NCBI GenBank assembly: GCA_029981435.1
Contig: JARRBB010000006.1
Span: forward strand, 1-55,188
Origin: Thermotogaceae bacterium
GTDB taxonomy: Bacteria > Thermotogota > Thermotogae > B21-G9 > HyVt-16
DNA: 55,188 nt
Direction of reading: 5' to 3'
Part shown: positions 1 to 9,926 of the stretch, in pieces
Layout: each line of letters begins with the position of its first letter
Numbering within the stretch: the first letter of the stretch is position 1
The notes under the pieces: model-generated
The model's input: the letters and a program-made list of their open reading frames with translations, nothing else
Databases searched by the model: none
Told to the model about the DNA's origin: nothing
Made by a program: the position numbers and the translations under genes

Positions 1-1196
1 AACTTGCAAGACAGGTAGCACGAGAATCTATAGTTCTTTTGAAAAACAAAGGGAATTTGCTACCTTTGAGTAAAGATATAAAATCAATTGCTCTTATAGG
101 CCCGAGTATAGACAGTAAAAGAAACCTACTAGGAGATTATGCTTACACAGCTCATCTCGCAAAGGATAAAGAATCAATACCAATTGTCAGTATTGCAGAA
201 GGAATCAGAGCAAAACTGTCGCCTGATACTGTGGTTAACTATGCAAAAGGCTGTGATATAGTAGATACTTCAAAAGAAGGTTTTGAAGAAGCTATAGAAG
301 CTGCCAAAAAATCAGATGTTGTGGTGGTTGCTGTTGGCGGTAAGTCGGGACTGTCTCATCTTTCACCTGATAATACTTGTGGTGAGGGTAACGATAGATC
401 TACGTTAAACCTCCCAGGAGTTCAGGAAGACCTCCTTAAAGAAATTCACAAACTTGGCAAACCAATGGTTGTAATACTGGTCAACGGAAGGCCTTTGGCA
501 ATAGACTGGGTAGCGGAAAATATACCAGCAATACTCGAAGTTTGGTTACCCGGTGAAGAAGGAGGAAATGCTGTTGCAGATGTTCTTTTTGGCGACTACA
601 ATCCAGGCGGTAAATTACCAATGACATTTCCAAGAAATGCAGGGCAGGAACCAATATACTATAATCATAAACCGTCAGGTATAAGAGAAAAAAAGGGCAG
701 AGACGTTGAGGAGATTTTCAAAAAAGATTATGTTGATTCTTCTACAATTCCAGTATTTCCATTTGGTCATGGGCTCAGCTATACAGAATTCAAATATAGC
801 AATCTGAAAATAGAGCCAATAGAAGTCGAAAATGATGGAACAGTATACATTTCATGTGAAATTGAAAATGTAGGGAAGGTACCTGGCGATGAAGTTGTTC
901 AGTTGTATATAAGAGACCTTTTTGCAAGTGTTGAAAGACCTGTAATGGAATTAAAAGGATTTAAAAGAATAAACTTCAAACCAGGTGAAAAGAAAACAGT
1001 TGTGTTCAGACTACCAACTGATTTGCTTGCATTCCATAATCTCGACTTGGATTTAGTAGTAGAACCTGGTACCTTTAAGGTTATGGTTGGGAGTTCATCC
1101 GAAGATATAAGGCTTGAAGGGGAATTCAAAGTAACAGGAAAAATCAGAAAAGTAGGAAGTTTTAGAAAATTTAAAACAGAGGTGGAAGTTTTTTAA
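1..1196 (+). CDS. Glycoside hydrolase family 3 (beta-glucosidase/beta-xylosidase), C-terminal part; 5' end lies outside the window
   Basis: The reading frame stays open back to base 3 (…ARQVARESIVLLKNKGNLLPL…). GH3 C-terminal alpha/beta and FnIII-like domain motifs are present. Sits next to xylA. Confidence 0.8.
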   Translation, partial: LARQVARESIVLLKNKGNLLPLSKDIKSIALIGPSIDSKRNLLGDYAYTAHLAKDKESIPIVSIAEGIRAKLSPDTVVNYAKGCDIVDTSKEGFEEAIEAAKKSDVVVVAVGGKSGLSHLSPDNTCGEGNDRSTLNLPGVQEDLLKEIHKLGKPMVVILVNGRPLAIDWVAENIPAILEVWLPGEEGGNAVADVLFGDYNPGGKLPMTFPRNAGQEPIYYNHKPSGIREKKGRDVEEIFKKDYVDSSTIPVFPFGHGLSYTEFKYSNLKIEPIEVENDGTVYISCEIENVGKVPGDEVVQLYIRDLFASVERPVMELKGFKRINFKPGEKKTVVFRLPTDLLAFHNLDLDLVVEPGTFKVMVGSSSEDIRLEGEFKVTGKIRKVGSFRKFKTEVEVF

Positions 1197-1217
1197 ACCT
1201 CAAAAGGGGGTAGTTTT

Positions 1218-2534
1218 ATGGAGTTGCTCAATATCAAGAAAATCGAATATTCTGGAAAAGAATCGAAAAATCCACTGAGCTTTAAATACTACAATCCTGA
1301 AGAGGAAATTTTTGGCACAAAAATGTCAGAACATCTGAGGTTTTCAGTTGCTTTCTGGCATACCTTCAACGCTAACGGTACCGATATGTTTGGTATTGGA
1401 ACAATGATAAGACCTTGGGACAAATATACAGATCCCATGGACAAAGCAAAGGTTAAAATTGATGCATTGATTGAGTTTACCGAAAAACTTGGTGTGAAAT
1501 ATTTCTGTTTCCATGACAGAGACATAGCACCAGAAGGGAAAACTCTCAGAGAAACTAACAAAAACCTCGATTTGATAGTGGACTATTTGAAACAAAGAAT
1601 GAAAGAAAGTGGTTTAAAACTACTCTGGGGAACTGCTAATCTTTTTTCAAATCCACGCTTTGTTCATGGTGCTGCAACTAGTTGCAACGCTGATGTTTTT
1701 GCTTATGCTGCAGCTCAGGTAAAAAAAGCTATTGAAATTACTAAAGAACTTGATGGGGAAAACTATGTTTTTTGGGGCGGAAGAGAAGGCTATGAAACCC
1801 TTTTGAATACAGATATGGAACTTGAACTGGACAATTTAGCACGATTCTTAAGCTTGGCAGTTGATTATGCTAAAAAAATTGGCTTTAAAGGTCAATTTTT
1901 GATAGAACCAAAACCAATGGAACCCACAAAACATCAATATGATTTCGATAGTGCTCATGTACTAGCCTTTTTAAGAAGATACGGACTTGAAAAGCACTTC
2001 AAATTAAATATTGAAGCGAATCATGCTACTCTTGCTGGACATACATTTAATCATGAACTTAGATATGCAAGAATAAATGGGGTTCTTGGAAGCATAGATG
2101 CAAATCAGGGAGATTTGTTCTTAGGCTGGGATACTGATCAATTTCCAACCGATATTTATGCAACAACCCTCGCAATGTATGAGATACTTAAAAATGGAGG
2201 ATTAGCTCCCGGAGGAATAAACTTTGATGCAAAAGTCAGGAGAGCTTCATTTGAACTTGAAGACCTGTTCATAGGACATATAGCAGGAATGGATACTTTC
2301 GCACTTGGTTTGAAAGCAGCAGCTAAACTTATTGAAGATGGCTTAATAGATGAATTTATTGAAGAAAGATATTCAAGTTATAAAGAGGGAATCGGCAAAA
2401 AGATAATTGATGGGGACACAACATTTGAGGAACTTGAAGAATACATAATTGATAAAGAAGAAATACAGAACAAGTCTGGGAAACAGGAATATCTTGAAAT
2501 CATCGTAAATCAAGCGATAATTTCCGTGATTTAA
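1218..2534 (+). CDS. xylA: Xylose isomerase
   Basis: 438 aa. N-terminus [27 protein letters not shown]…FWHTF and the HxGD-type motifs are typical of class II XylA. GGGG RBS upstream. Confidence 0.93.
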   Translation: MELLNIKKIEYSGKESKNPLSFKYYNPEEEIFGTKMSEHLRFSVAFWHTFNANGTDMFGIGTMIRPWDKYTDPMDKAKVKIDALIEFTEKLGVKYFCFHDRDIAPEGKTLRETNKNLDLIVDYLKQRMKESGLKLLWGTANLFSNPRFVHGAATSCNADVFAYAAAQVKKAIEITKELDGENYVFWGGREGYETLLNTDMELELDNLARFLSLAVDYAKKIGFKGQFLIEPKPMEPTKHQYDFDSAHVLAFLRRYGLEKHFKLNIEANHATLAGHTFNHELRYARINGVLGSIDANQGDLFLGWDTDQFPTDIYATTLAMYEILKNGGLAPGGINFDAKVRRASFELEDLFIGHIAGMDTFALGLKAAAKLIEDGLIDEFIEERYSSYKEGIGKKIIDGDTTFEELEEYIIDKEEIQNKSGKQEYLEIIVNQAIISVI

Positions 2535-2593
2535 AATTTTATCAGGTCATACTTAATTAGTATGGCCTGATAGATTCAAAAGGAGAATGTATA

Positions 2594-3073
2594 TTGAAAG
2601 TATTCGATGGTTTAATTCTTATACTTATAATACCTTTATTTGCTTTTTCAATAACTTATGAGTTGTTGTCTAACGATCCCAGGGTTGCTTTTCTTGAAAT
2701 GGTTAATGAATACAGAATAGTGAAAGGATTACAACCATTCGAATGCCTTTTTAACGAAGTACCTCAGGCTTTTACAGATTTTCAAGCCAATATAGGCATC
2801 TTCCTTGGACATATAGGTTTTTCAAAAAGAGTAGAGAGAATAAAAAAGTTGATAGAAGAAAATTACGGAATGAAGGTTTCAAAAATAAGTTTTGCTGAAA
2901 ACGTAGCTTTCTTAAAAAGTGATGATATTGACTTAAAAATGGCTTTTGAAAGCTTTTTAAAGAGTAAAAGACATAGAGAAAATATCTTGTCATCCAGGTA
3001 CAGATGGACAGCAATAGGAATTACTAAAAAAAGTGATAGATTGTACATTTGTCAGATTTTTTGGAACTATTAA
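2594..3073 (+). CDS. CAP/SCP (YkwD-like) domain protein with N-terminal signal or TM segment
   Basis: 159 aa, hydrophobic N-terminus. C-terminal HRENILSSRYRWTAIGI resembles the YkwD/CAP signature GHRENIL…G(I/V)G. Confidence 0.55.
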   Translation: MKVFDGLILILIIPLFAFSITYELLSNDPRVAFLEMVNEYRIVKGLQPFECLFNEVPQAFTDFQANIGIFLGHIGFSKRVERIKKLIEENYGMKVSKISFAENVAFLKSDDIDLKMAFESFLKSKRHRENILSSRYRWTAIGITKKSDRLYICQIFWNY

Positions 3074-3076
3074 TAT

Positions 3077-3102
3077 TAAAATCCCCCATACGGGGGATTT
3101 TA
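3077..3102. terminator. Bidirectional intrinsic terminator between convergent genes
   Basis: aaaATCCCCCatacGGGGGATtttt: 7-bp GC stem flanked by A and T runs. Confidence 0.75.
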
Positions 3103-3105
3103 ATA

Positions 3106-3918
3106 TTATTGGAATTTCAAACCTATGACGGCTTCTGGTACTACCACATTGAAAGTAAAGGATTCGGTTATGAAAAATTTCAATTTTCTTCCTTCACGGT
3201 CTTCATAACCGATAGATAAATCTTGTCCTAATATTAGTTTGAAATTATCGTCAGCTTTTGAGATCAAAACAGCATCTTCAAGACGAGGAGAAGGTACAAC
3301 CCTTCCACCATTGAGTAAGTCTTCAATCCTTTTATTCAATGGATATCCAGTGCTTTTGGATAAAAGAGTTGCCCACTTCTCGGTATTTATTACAAGATGG
3401 AAAGGACCTTTTATACCATCTTCTGAGAACTTGGCAATAGACTTCAAGATACTTTGAACAAATTTTTCTTCTTCAAGTGAAGAATCGATACTTCTTTTCT
3501 CAGCGAATTTCAACAAACCGGTTATTCCTGCTTTATCGCACCCATAGAAAATAACTTTATCCTCAAACTCTGCTACTTTTGCAGCTGCTTCTTCCAATGA
3601 GGAAAGATCTATATTTTCTTTGCCTCTTTCAACATTATCAAGTTCCCAGATATCTAAAACGAAGGATACTCTAATCTCTATCAAAGGCAAAGATTTTCTC
3701 AATCCCCATTTTACTCTGTCGCCTTCATCAGATAGAATTTGCGTCTCACCTATCGGATGAGCCGAATATTTCCAGCCATAAGGTCCTTCTATTTCAATTA
3801 AACGTCTTCCATACAATTGTGTTGAAAAAATTTCAACAGCTCTTTTATCGATTTCTTCCCATGCTCTAACAGTTATAGGAGCTTTTTCTCTTTTTAAAAA
3901 GTTCACATTATTCACCAC
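3106..3918 (-). CDS. Encapsulin nanocompartment shell protein (family 1, linocin-M18-like, HK97 fold)
   Basis: 270 aa. Colinear, high-identity match to the T. maritima encapsulin sequence as I recall it (…LYGRR…VEGPYGW.Y.AHP.GE…WGLRKSLPLIE.R..F.LD.WELDN.ERGK…GQDLSIGYEDRE…). Confidence 0.93.
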   Translation of the reverse strand: MVNNVNFLKREKAPITVRAWEEIDKRAVEIFSTQLYGRRLIEIEGPYGWKYSAHPIGETQILSDEGDRVKWGLRKSLPLIEIRVSFVLDIWELDNVERGKENIDLSSLEEAAAKVAEFEDKVIFYGCDKAGITGLLKFAEKRSIDSSLEEEKFVQSILKSIAKFSEDGIKGPFHLVINTEKWATLLSKSTGYPLNKRIEDLLNGGRVVPSPRLEDAVLISKADDNFKLILGQDLSIGYEDREGRKLKFFITESFTFNVVVPEAVIGLKFQ

Positions 3919-4261
3919 CTTTCAAATTCCTTATTTTAAGGTCACCGGTTGATTTATTTCCTTCTTCTGACACTATCGCTTCTTCGATATCTGTTATCAG
4001 CTCTTCTGTGAAAAGATATGTTCGTAATGCCTCATCCCAACCAGGCATGTTTCTTCTAAGCCATTCAAGAAGCATTGCAGCATGTTCCATTTCTTCATTT
4101 CTATTATGTTCAACTATTTTTCTAACAGTTTCATCTTTTGTGGATGCCAATCTCTGATGATACCAGTTAACAGCTTCTATTTCTTCCTTAAGACTTTCCA
4201 GTATTCTACTATAGTCACGATCTATTGCTGATAATTCTTCTGCCGGTTCATGATAAGCCAT
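3908..4261 (-). CDS. Ferritin-like protein (Flp) encapsulin cargo with C-terminal targeting peptide
   Basis: 117 aa. Two E..H diiron motifs (EAVNWYHQR, NEEMEHAAML). C-terminal GDLKIRNLKGGE matches the encapsulin cargo-loading peptide consensus (GSLxIGSLKG). 11-nt overlap with the shell gene. Confidence 0.88.
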   Translation of the reverse strand: MAYHEPAEELSAIDRDYSRILESLKEEIEAVNWYHQRLASTKDETVRKIVEHNRNEEMEHAAMLLEWLRRNMPGWDEALRTYLFTEELITDIEEAIVSEEGNKSTGDLKIRNLKGGE

Positions 4262-4400
4262 TCATTTCACCTCCAAAATTAAAATTGTTTGTACAACTAA
4301 ATTATACCATAAAATTAGATTAGTAAAACACTTATTTAAAAACTATTTTTGCGCTGTTGTGATAAAATATCAAATAGGAAAAAAGGAGGTTTGAAAGCGA

Positions 4401-4987
4401 TGGGAAATTTCAACAAATTTTTGATAGTTTTGATAGTAATAATGGCTGCTATAACTGTTTTTCAGATTTTCTGGTCTTTTTCAAGGAGGCCTAATTTTAC
4501 ACAGGTTTATTACAGAGCAACCTATGTTTTTTCAAAAAACAATGAAACAACTATGGATCATATAGCAAGATTTGCTTTTAAAAAATACGAAGATTTTAAA
4601 AAAACTCTCGATAATTTTCAAAACTACTCGAAGGATGAAAAGAAAAAAGCCTATATTGATGTAATGCAGCGCTTATCTAAAGATACCGGTAAAGAAATAC
4701 AGGTTCTCTCTTACAATTCTACTGCTACTGAATATGAAGGTTTACTTCAAATACATGAATTAGGTGTGGTCAAAGGATTTATCAAGCAACTTCAAGATGG
4801 TACAAAAGAAATAAGTCTCGATGACAATGAAATAAACCTGAGTGGAGATTCGAAGATAACTTTCATATTACCTGAAAATTCACAGATTTTTGAAGTCTCA
4901 CCAGAACCCTCTGAACGCAAGGGGAATATCTTAATATGGAATCTGCAAGGAAAAATGAAGTTTCCAAAAGTGGTATACAAAGATTAA
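4401..4987 (+). CDS. Hypothetical membrane-anchored protein (single N-terminal TM helix)
   Basis: AAAGGAGG RBS at ~4382-4390 precedes ATG 4401 (MGNFNKFLIVLIVIMAAITVF…). No recognisable domain. Confidence 0.6.
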
Positions 4988-5733
4988 TCAGAAATTTTGC
5001 AGAAGAATTTATAAGATTTTTGAAAAATTCGAAATATGCAGTTGTTTTAACAGGAGCCGGTGTGAGTACAGATTCTGGAATACCTGATTTCAGAAGTGAA
5101 AATGGTTTATACTCGAAATACAATGTCAACAAGGTCTTTGATGTCGATTATTTCCTGAGAGATCCGAAGTATTTTTATAACTTTGCCAAGGAAGAAATTT
5201 TAAAAATGTTGATGGCCGAACCATCCGCAACACATTATATGCTTGCAAAACTTGAAAAAGAAAGTTTAATCAAAGCAATAATTACTCAAAATATCGATTT
5301 GTTGCATCAAAAAGCAGGTAGTCAAAATGTTATAGAACTTCATGGGAATGTGAGTAAGGCTCATTGTATACAATGCAAAAAAGAATACGATTTTATTGAG
5401 ATTTTGAATGGGCCTCAAAACACCTTTGAATGTAAAACATGTGGAGACCTTATAAAACCAGACATAGTATTCTTTGGAGAAAGTTTACCAGAAAATGAAT
5501 TGAAGAAAGCTCTTTACCTGGTGAATTCTTGTGATTTGATAATTGTTATGGGAAGTTCTCTGGTTGTACATCCAGCAGCTTCTTTACCAATATACGCTAC
5601 TAATAAAGGTGCCAAATTTCTGATAATAAATAGAGGAAAAACAGCGCTGGATAGTATATCTACGAGAAAATATGATTGCAATCTCAACGAGTTTTCCAAG
5701 ACAGTTTTAAATCTTTTGAGCCAGGAAGGATGA
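4936..5733 (+). CDS. cobB: NAD-dependent protein deacylase, Sir2 family (sirtuin)
   Basis: GAGVSTDSGIPDFRS, QNID.LH, and the CxxC…CxxC zinc ribbon (CIQCKK…CKTCGD). Colinear with Sir2Tm. The exact start is uncertain; it overlaps the upstream ORF by ~50 nt. Confidence 0.9.
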   Translation: MESARKNEVSKSGIQRLIRNFAEEFIRFLKNSKYAVVLTGAGVSTDSGIPDFRSENGLYSKYNVNKVFDVDYFLRDPKYFYNFAKEEILKMLMAEPSATHYMLAKLEKESLIKAIITQNIDLLHQKAGSQNVIELHGNVSKAHCIQCKKEYDFIEILNGPQNTFECKTCGDLIKPDIVFFGESLPENELKKALYLVNSCDLIIVMGSSLVVHPAASLPIYATNKGAKFLIINRGKTALDSISTRKYDCNLNEFSKTVLNLLSQEG

Positions 5734-5739
5734 GATTAT

Positions 5740-6330
5740 TTGATCCTATCACTTGTATTATCACTTGTGTCACTATCAGTTAGTTTGTTTGTTTTCATAT
5801 ATTATTTTTTCAATTTCAGGAAACGCTTAAACGAGATAGAATATCCATACGAAGTTGAGGAAAGAATTCTTGAACTTCTTGGAAAGTTCAAGCATGTTGC
5901 TTCTATAAAATTAGAGATGTTAGAAAAGAAAGTTGATGAACTGAAAGGATTAATCAAAGAAGCCAACGATTCCTATGCTTCGTTAAGTGTTTTATTAACC
6001 GATTTGAACAAAATTGCATACGAAATCGATAAGGATTCTAATGTTTCTATCAATCCTGAAAAAGAACAAGAACACAATATTGAACTGAAAGAAAATGAAA
6101 AAAACAGCTCTGAAGTAACTAATAGCAAAAATACTAACGACGTTTCAAGCACAAACAACGATTCCAATGACGTCCCAACTTTTGAAGATGATTCCGAAAG
6201 CCTTGAAAGGAAAATATTACGTCTGAATGAAGAAGGATTTGAAGATTTAGAAATAGCAAGAAAGCTTGGAATAGGTGTTGGAGAAGTAAAGTTAATAATA
6301 GAGCTGTTCAAAAGCCAGAACAAAAATTAA
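5740..6330 (+). CDS. Hypothetical protein: N-terminal TM helix, coiled coil, Ser/Asn-rich linker, C-terminal HTH-like segment
   Basis: 196 aa. C-terminus LERKILRLNEEGFEDLEIARKLGIGVGEVKLIIELF resembles a sigma-70 region-4/LuxR-type HTH. No confident family assignment. Confidence 0.5.
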   Translation: MILSLVLSLVSLSVSLFVFIYYFFNFRKRLNEIEYPYEVEERILELLGKFKHVASIKLEMLEKKVDELKGLIKEANDSYASLSVLLTDLNKIAYEIDKDSNVSINPEKEQEHNIELKENEKNSSEVTNSKNTNDVSSTNNDSNDVPTFEDDSESLERKILRLNEEGFEDLEIARKLGIGVGEVKLIIELFKSQNKN

Positions 6331-6366
6331 GAAAAACCTGAGGACTAATTTCCTCAGGTTTTTTCT
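6331..6366. terminator. Bidirectional terminator hairpin
   Basis: aaaaaCCTGAGGActaattTCCTCAGGttttttc; overlaps the stop codon of the minus-strand permease gene. Confidence 0.7.
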
Positions 6367-7286
6367 TCCCTTGAATAAGGTACCCCCAGCGCACTTGGTG
6401 CCCCCATGCGTTTTCTAAAATTTTCATTGAAACTGAAAATTATCATTATAATCAATGTAGTCAAATAAGGAAGCATCATTAACAAATTTGGAGAGATGTT
6501 TATTTTTCCTTCGGCCTGTAAACGCAACTGCATCGCTATTATTCCACCAAACAAATAAGAACCTATCAAAGCCCTATAAGGATTCCACATAGAGAATATA
6601 ACGAGTGCTATTGCTATCCATCCCCTCCCAGCACTCATATTCTCTATCCACATAGATGTATATGCAAGTGAAAGATAAGCACCACCTGCTGCTGTTAGAG
6701 CCCCACCTGTGATTGTCGCAAGGTAACGTGTCAGAAAAACATTTATTCCGGCTGAATCTGCAGCTGAAGGTTCTTCACCAACTGCTCTTAGATTCATACC
6801 AATCTTCGTTTTAAAAATAAAATATGCTATTCCTATAACGAGTATGTAACTGATATAAACTAACACATCATGTGAAAATAAAACTTTTCCAATTAAAGGT
6901 ATTTTGGATAAAAATGGAATTTCAATTGGTAAAAACTTCGGTGCTACTTTACCTATGTAATTTCGTCCAAGCATTCCAGACAATCCTGTTCCAAGCATAG
7001 TCAGTGCAAGTCCACTGACCGTTTGATTAGCTTTTAAGGTTATAGTCATGAATGCATGTATCAAGGAAAAAACTGCGCCTGCAATTATGGCTAAAATAAA
7101 TGCAAGATATATATTTTGAAAAATATACGCTGCCATGAATCCAAATATAGCTCCAATAAGCATTAAACCTTCTAATCCAAGATTTAATACACCACTTCTC
7201 TCTGTTATTATTTCACCGAGTGTTGCAAAAAGCAAGGGAGTACCAGATCTAATAGCTGCAGATAGTATATTTTCAAATACCTCCAT
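6354..7286 (-). CDS. Nucleoside (BMP-type) ABC transporter permease (YufQ/NupQ-like)
   Basis: 310 aa multi-TM protein, typical BMP-family ABC permease. Last gene of the riboswitch-controlled operon. Confidence 0.8.
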   Translation of the reverse strand: MEVFENILSAAIRSGTPLLFATLGEIITERSGVLNLGLEGLMLIGAIFGFMAAYIFQNIYLAFILAIIAGAVFSLIHAFMTITLKANQTVSGLALTMLGTGLSGMLGRNYIGKVAPKFLPIEIPFLSKIPLIGKVLFSHDVLVYISYILVIGIAYFIFKTKIGMNLRAVGEEPSAADSAGINVFLTRYLATITGGALTAAGGAYLSLAYTSMWIENMSAGRGWIAIALVIFSMWNPYRALIGSYLFGGIIAMQLRLQAEGKINISPNLLMMLPYLTTLIIMIIFSFNENFRKRMGAPSALGVPYSREEKT

Positions 7287-8390
7287 TCAGTTCACCACCG
7301 ATTTAGTATCATCTTTTATAAATCTCAATCTGTATTTAAAAATAGTTTCTGAAGCTAAAAGACTGAAAAGTATCAACCCTTGAAGAGCACTTATCATAGA
7401 TATCGGGAATTTCATAACAATCTGTAATTGTTCCCCGCCAACTAAAAGGCCTCCAAAGAAAAAACCTACGATAATCGCACCGATTGGATTAAGTCTCGCA
7501 AGCCATGCAACTATTATCGCGGTATATCCATATCCGGTTGAAAAACCATGTTGAAGTCTGTGTTGAACTCCCAAAACTTGTATGGAACCAGCTAAACCTG
7601 CTAAGGCACCACTGAACATCATTGCAAGGATCAAATTCTTTTCAATAGAAATCCCTGAGTATCTCGCAGCCTTCGGATTATCACCTATGATTTTTAGTTC
7701 AAATCCCCATTGTGTCTTTTTCATAATAAAGTAAACTATAAAAACTAAGATCAAAACTATTATGATTCCTATGTGTATCCCGGTGTTACCTATTTCCGGT
7801 AACCAGGAACTCTTGGGAAAAATAGCAGTAAGAGGGAAGTTAAAACCTTTCGGATCTTTCCAAGGACCGTATATTAAATAATTCAACCAATTTATGGCTA
7901 TATAATTAAGCATGAGTGTAACAACTATCTCATCAAGCTTTAAAAATGCTTTGAGTACCGCAGGAATCAGAGCCCATAAAGCACCTGCAAGAGTTCCCAT
8001 TATTAAAAGAAGTGTTATCATTATCATACTGTTGTCCAAATCTTTGAAAACAAAAAGAGCACCCCACGTCGTTGCCATAGCACCGAGGTATAACTGTCCC
8101 TCGGCTCCTATATTCCAAACTTTCATCTTAAAAACGACCAAAAGCCCAAGAGCAATTAAAGTTAAAGGCACCATTTTTAATATGGTATCAATCAGCCCAA
8201 GTTCAGGGTGAAATGGCCATGTGAACAATTCTCTGTATGCTTCGACAACATTGGAAAAGTCACCAGTGTTCAACCAAATGAACACTCCCATTATCACTAT
8301 CGAAAATATCAAAGATATCATTGATATAAAAAAATTTTCGTATTTGAAATGATCTAATCTTCTTTCTAATTTAAGCTTCAACTGCAACAC
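7287..8390 (-). CDS. Nucleoside (BMP-type) ABC transporter permease (YufP/NupP-like)
   Basis: 367 aa multi-TM. Translationally coupled to the flanking genes. Confidence 0.8.
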   Translation of the reverse strand: MLQLKLKLERRLDHFKYENFFISMISLIFSIVIMGVFIWLNTGDFSNVVEAYRELFTWPFHPELGLIDTILKMVPLTLIALGLLVVFKMKVWNIGAEGQLYLGAMATTWGALFVFKDLDNSMIMITLLLIMGTLAGALWALIPAVLKAFLKLDEIVVTLMLNYIAINWLNYLIYGPWKDPKGFNFPLTAIFPKSSWLPEIGNTGIHIGIIIVLILVFIVYFIMKKTQWGFELKIIGDNPKAARYSGISIEKNLILAMMFSGALAGLAGSIQVLGVQHRLQHGFSTGYGYTAIIVAWLARLNPIGAIIVGFFFGGLLVGGEQLQIVMKFPISMISALQGLILFSLLASETIFKYRLRFIKDDTKSVVN

Positions 8391-9870
8391 CAGCCATCAT
8401 TAAACCTAATTCATTAACTTTACTTTCTTCTGGTTCAACATACCCCATTATTTTTCCTTCAAATATTATCGCCACTCTGTCAGATATAGCAAAAACTTCG
8501 TCAAGATCGCCGGCAATCAAAAGAATAGCGACACCTTTATTTCGTGCCTTTATCAATGAATTATAAACAAACTCCATTGCCTTGACATCCAATCCTCTTG
8601 TTGGATGCTCAACTATTATCAATTTAGGTGAAAGCTCAAATTCTCTTGCAAGTACAACTTTCTGCATATTGCCCCCTGAAAGGAACTTAATCGGTTGTTC
8701 TTCACTTCTGGTAACGATTGAATACTTTTTGATTAATTCTCTGGAGTTCTTGAGCATTTTTTTCTGATTTAGAATTCTACTTTTATTCTTTTGTCTTATA
8801 AACAAGTTTTCAACTACCGACAAATTCGGACAGGTTGCCGTTTCTTTTCTATCTTGAGGCACATAAGCAATACCAAGGGACAACCTTTTTCTAACACTTG
8901 CATTCGTAATATCAAAACCACAAAACTTTATTTTTCCTTTTTCTACCTTCCTAAGGCCAACTATACTCTCTGCAAGCTCTCTTTGACCATTTCCAGCTAC
9001 TCCTGCTATTCCGAGAATTTCGCCCTCTTTTATTATCAGGTTCAGACCTTTAACAGCTAAGATTCCCTTGTCGTTTCTGACTTCAAGGTTTTCTATATTT
9101 AAAATTTCTTTCCCAGGAATATTATCTGCTTTTTGAATATTGAAAGTAAAATCTTTTCCAACCATCATACGTGCCAATCTGTTTTCATTAAATTCTTCTT
9201 TATTCAAAGTCCCAATTATTTTCCCATTTTTTAAAACTGTCACTCTATCAGAAATTTTAACAACTTCCTTCAATTTGTGGCTTATGAAGATAATCCCTTT
9301 TCCATTTTCTTTCATCAGTTCTATTGCTTTAAACAACGATTCAGACTCCTGAGGAGTCAGAACTGCCGTTGGCTCATCAAAGATTATTATCTTTGCTTCT
9401 TCATACAGAACTTTCAAAATTTCTACCTTTTGTTTTTCGCTAACTGACAACTGCCAGATTTTTGCGTTTGGGTCTATATTCATGTTATAAAGATCTGATA
9501 ATTCTTTTATTTTTCTTATAACTTTCTTCAGATTAACCCTAAAGTGTCCGGATTTTTTCATGCCAAGTGCTATATTTTCAGCAACACTAAAAGAAGGAAC
9601 CAAAGTGAAGTGTTGCTGCACCATACCTATACCATGTTCGATTGCTGAAGCTGGGGAAGTAATGTTGACTTTTTTGCCTTCAACAAAGATCTCACCATGG
9701 TCATGTCTGTATAAACCAAAAACAATATTCATCAAAGTTGTTTTGCCTGCACCATTCTCTCCAAGAAGAGCGTGAACTTCCCCAGATTTCAAATCAAAAT
9801 TAACGTCATCAAGTGCCAACACGTTACCAGGAAATCTTTTAGTTATATTTTTTAATTCAAGTAAATACAA
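8371..9870 (-). CDS. ABC transporter ATP-binding protein with duplicated NBDs (YufO/NupO-like)
   Basis: 499 aa. Two Walker A motifs (GENGAGKTT; GVAGNGQ), LSGG signatures, Walker B. Confidence 0.9.
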   Translation of the reverse strand: MYLLELKNITKRFPGNVLALDDVNFDLKSGEVHALLGENGAGKTTLMNIVFGLYRHDHGEIFVEGKKVNITSPASAIEHGIGMVQQHFTLVPSFSVAENIALGMKKSGHFRVNLKKVIRKIKELSDLYNMNIDPNAKIWQLSVSEKQKVEILKVLYEEAKIIIFDEPTAVLTPQESESLFKAIELMKENGKGIIFISHKLKEVVKISDRVTVLKNGKIIGTLNKEEFNENRLARMMVGKDFTFNIQKADNIPGKEILNIENLEVRNDKGILAVKGLNLIIKEGEILGIAGVAGNGQRELAESIVGLRKVEKGKIKFCGFDITNASVRKRLSLGIAYVPQDRKETATCPNLSVVENLFIRQKNKSRILNQKKMLKNSRELIKKYSIVTRSEEQPIKFLSGGNMQKVVLAREFELSPKLIIVEHPTRGLDVKAMEFVYNSLIKARNKGVAILLIAGDLDEVFAISDRVAIIFEGKIMGYVEPEESKVNELGLMMAGVAVEA

Positions 9871-9926
9871 GTTAAATCAACCTCCTATAATCGGGAGGAC
9901 ACTTGTCCTCCCGAAAATAATAATAA

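Noticed and set aside
4936-5733. Sir2 gene as a possible antiphage defence component (Thoeris/DSR/Sir2-HerA)
   Set aside because: Protein is a compact canonical class-U/III sirtuin with the Zn ribbon and high colinearity to Sir2Tm; no SLOG, TIR, HerA or other defence partner nearby.
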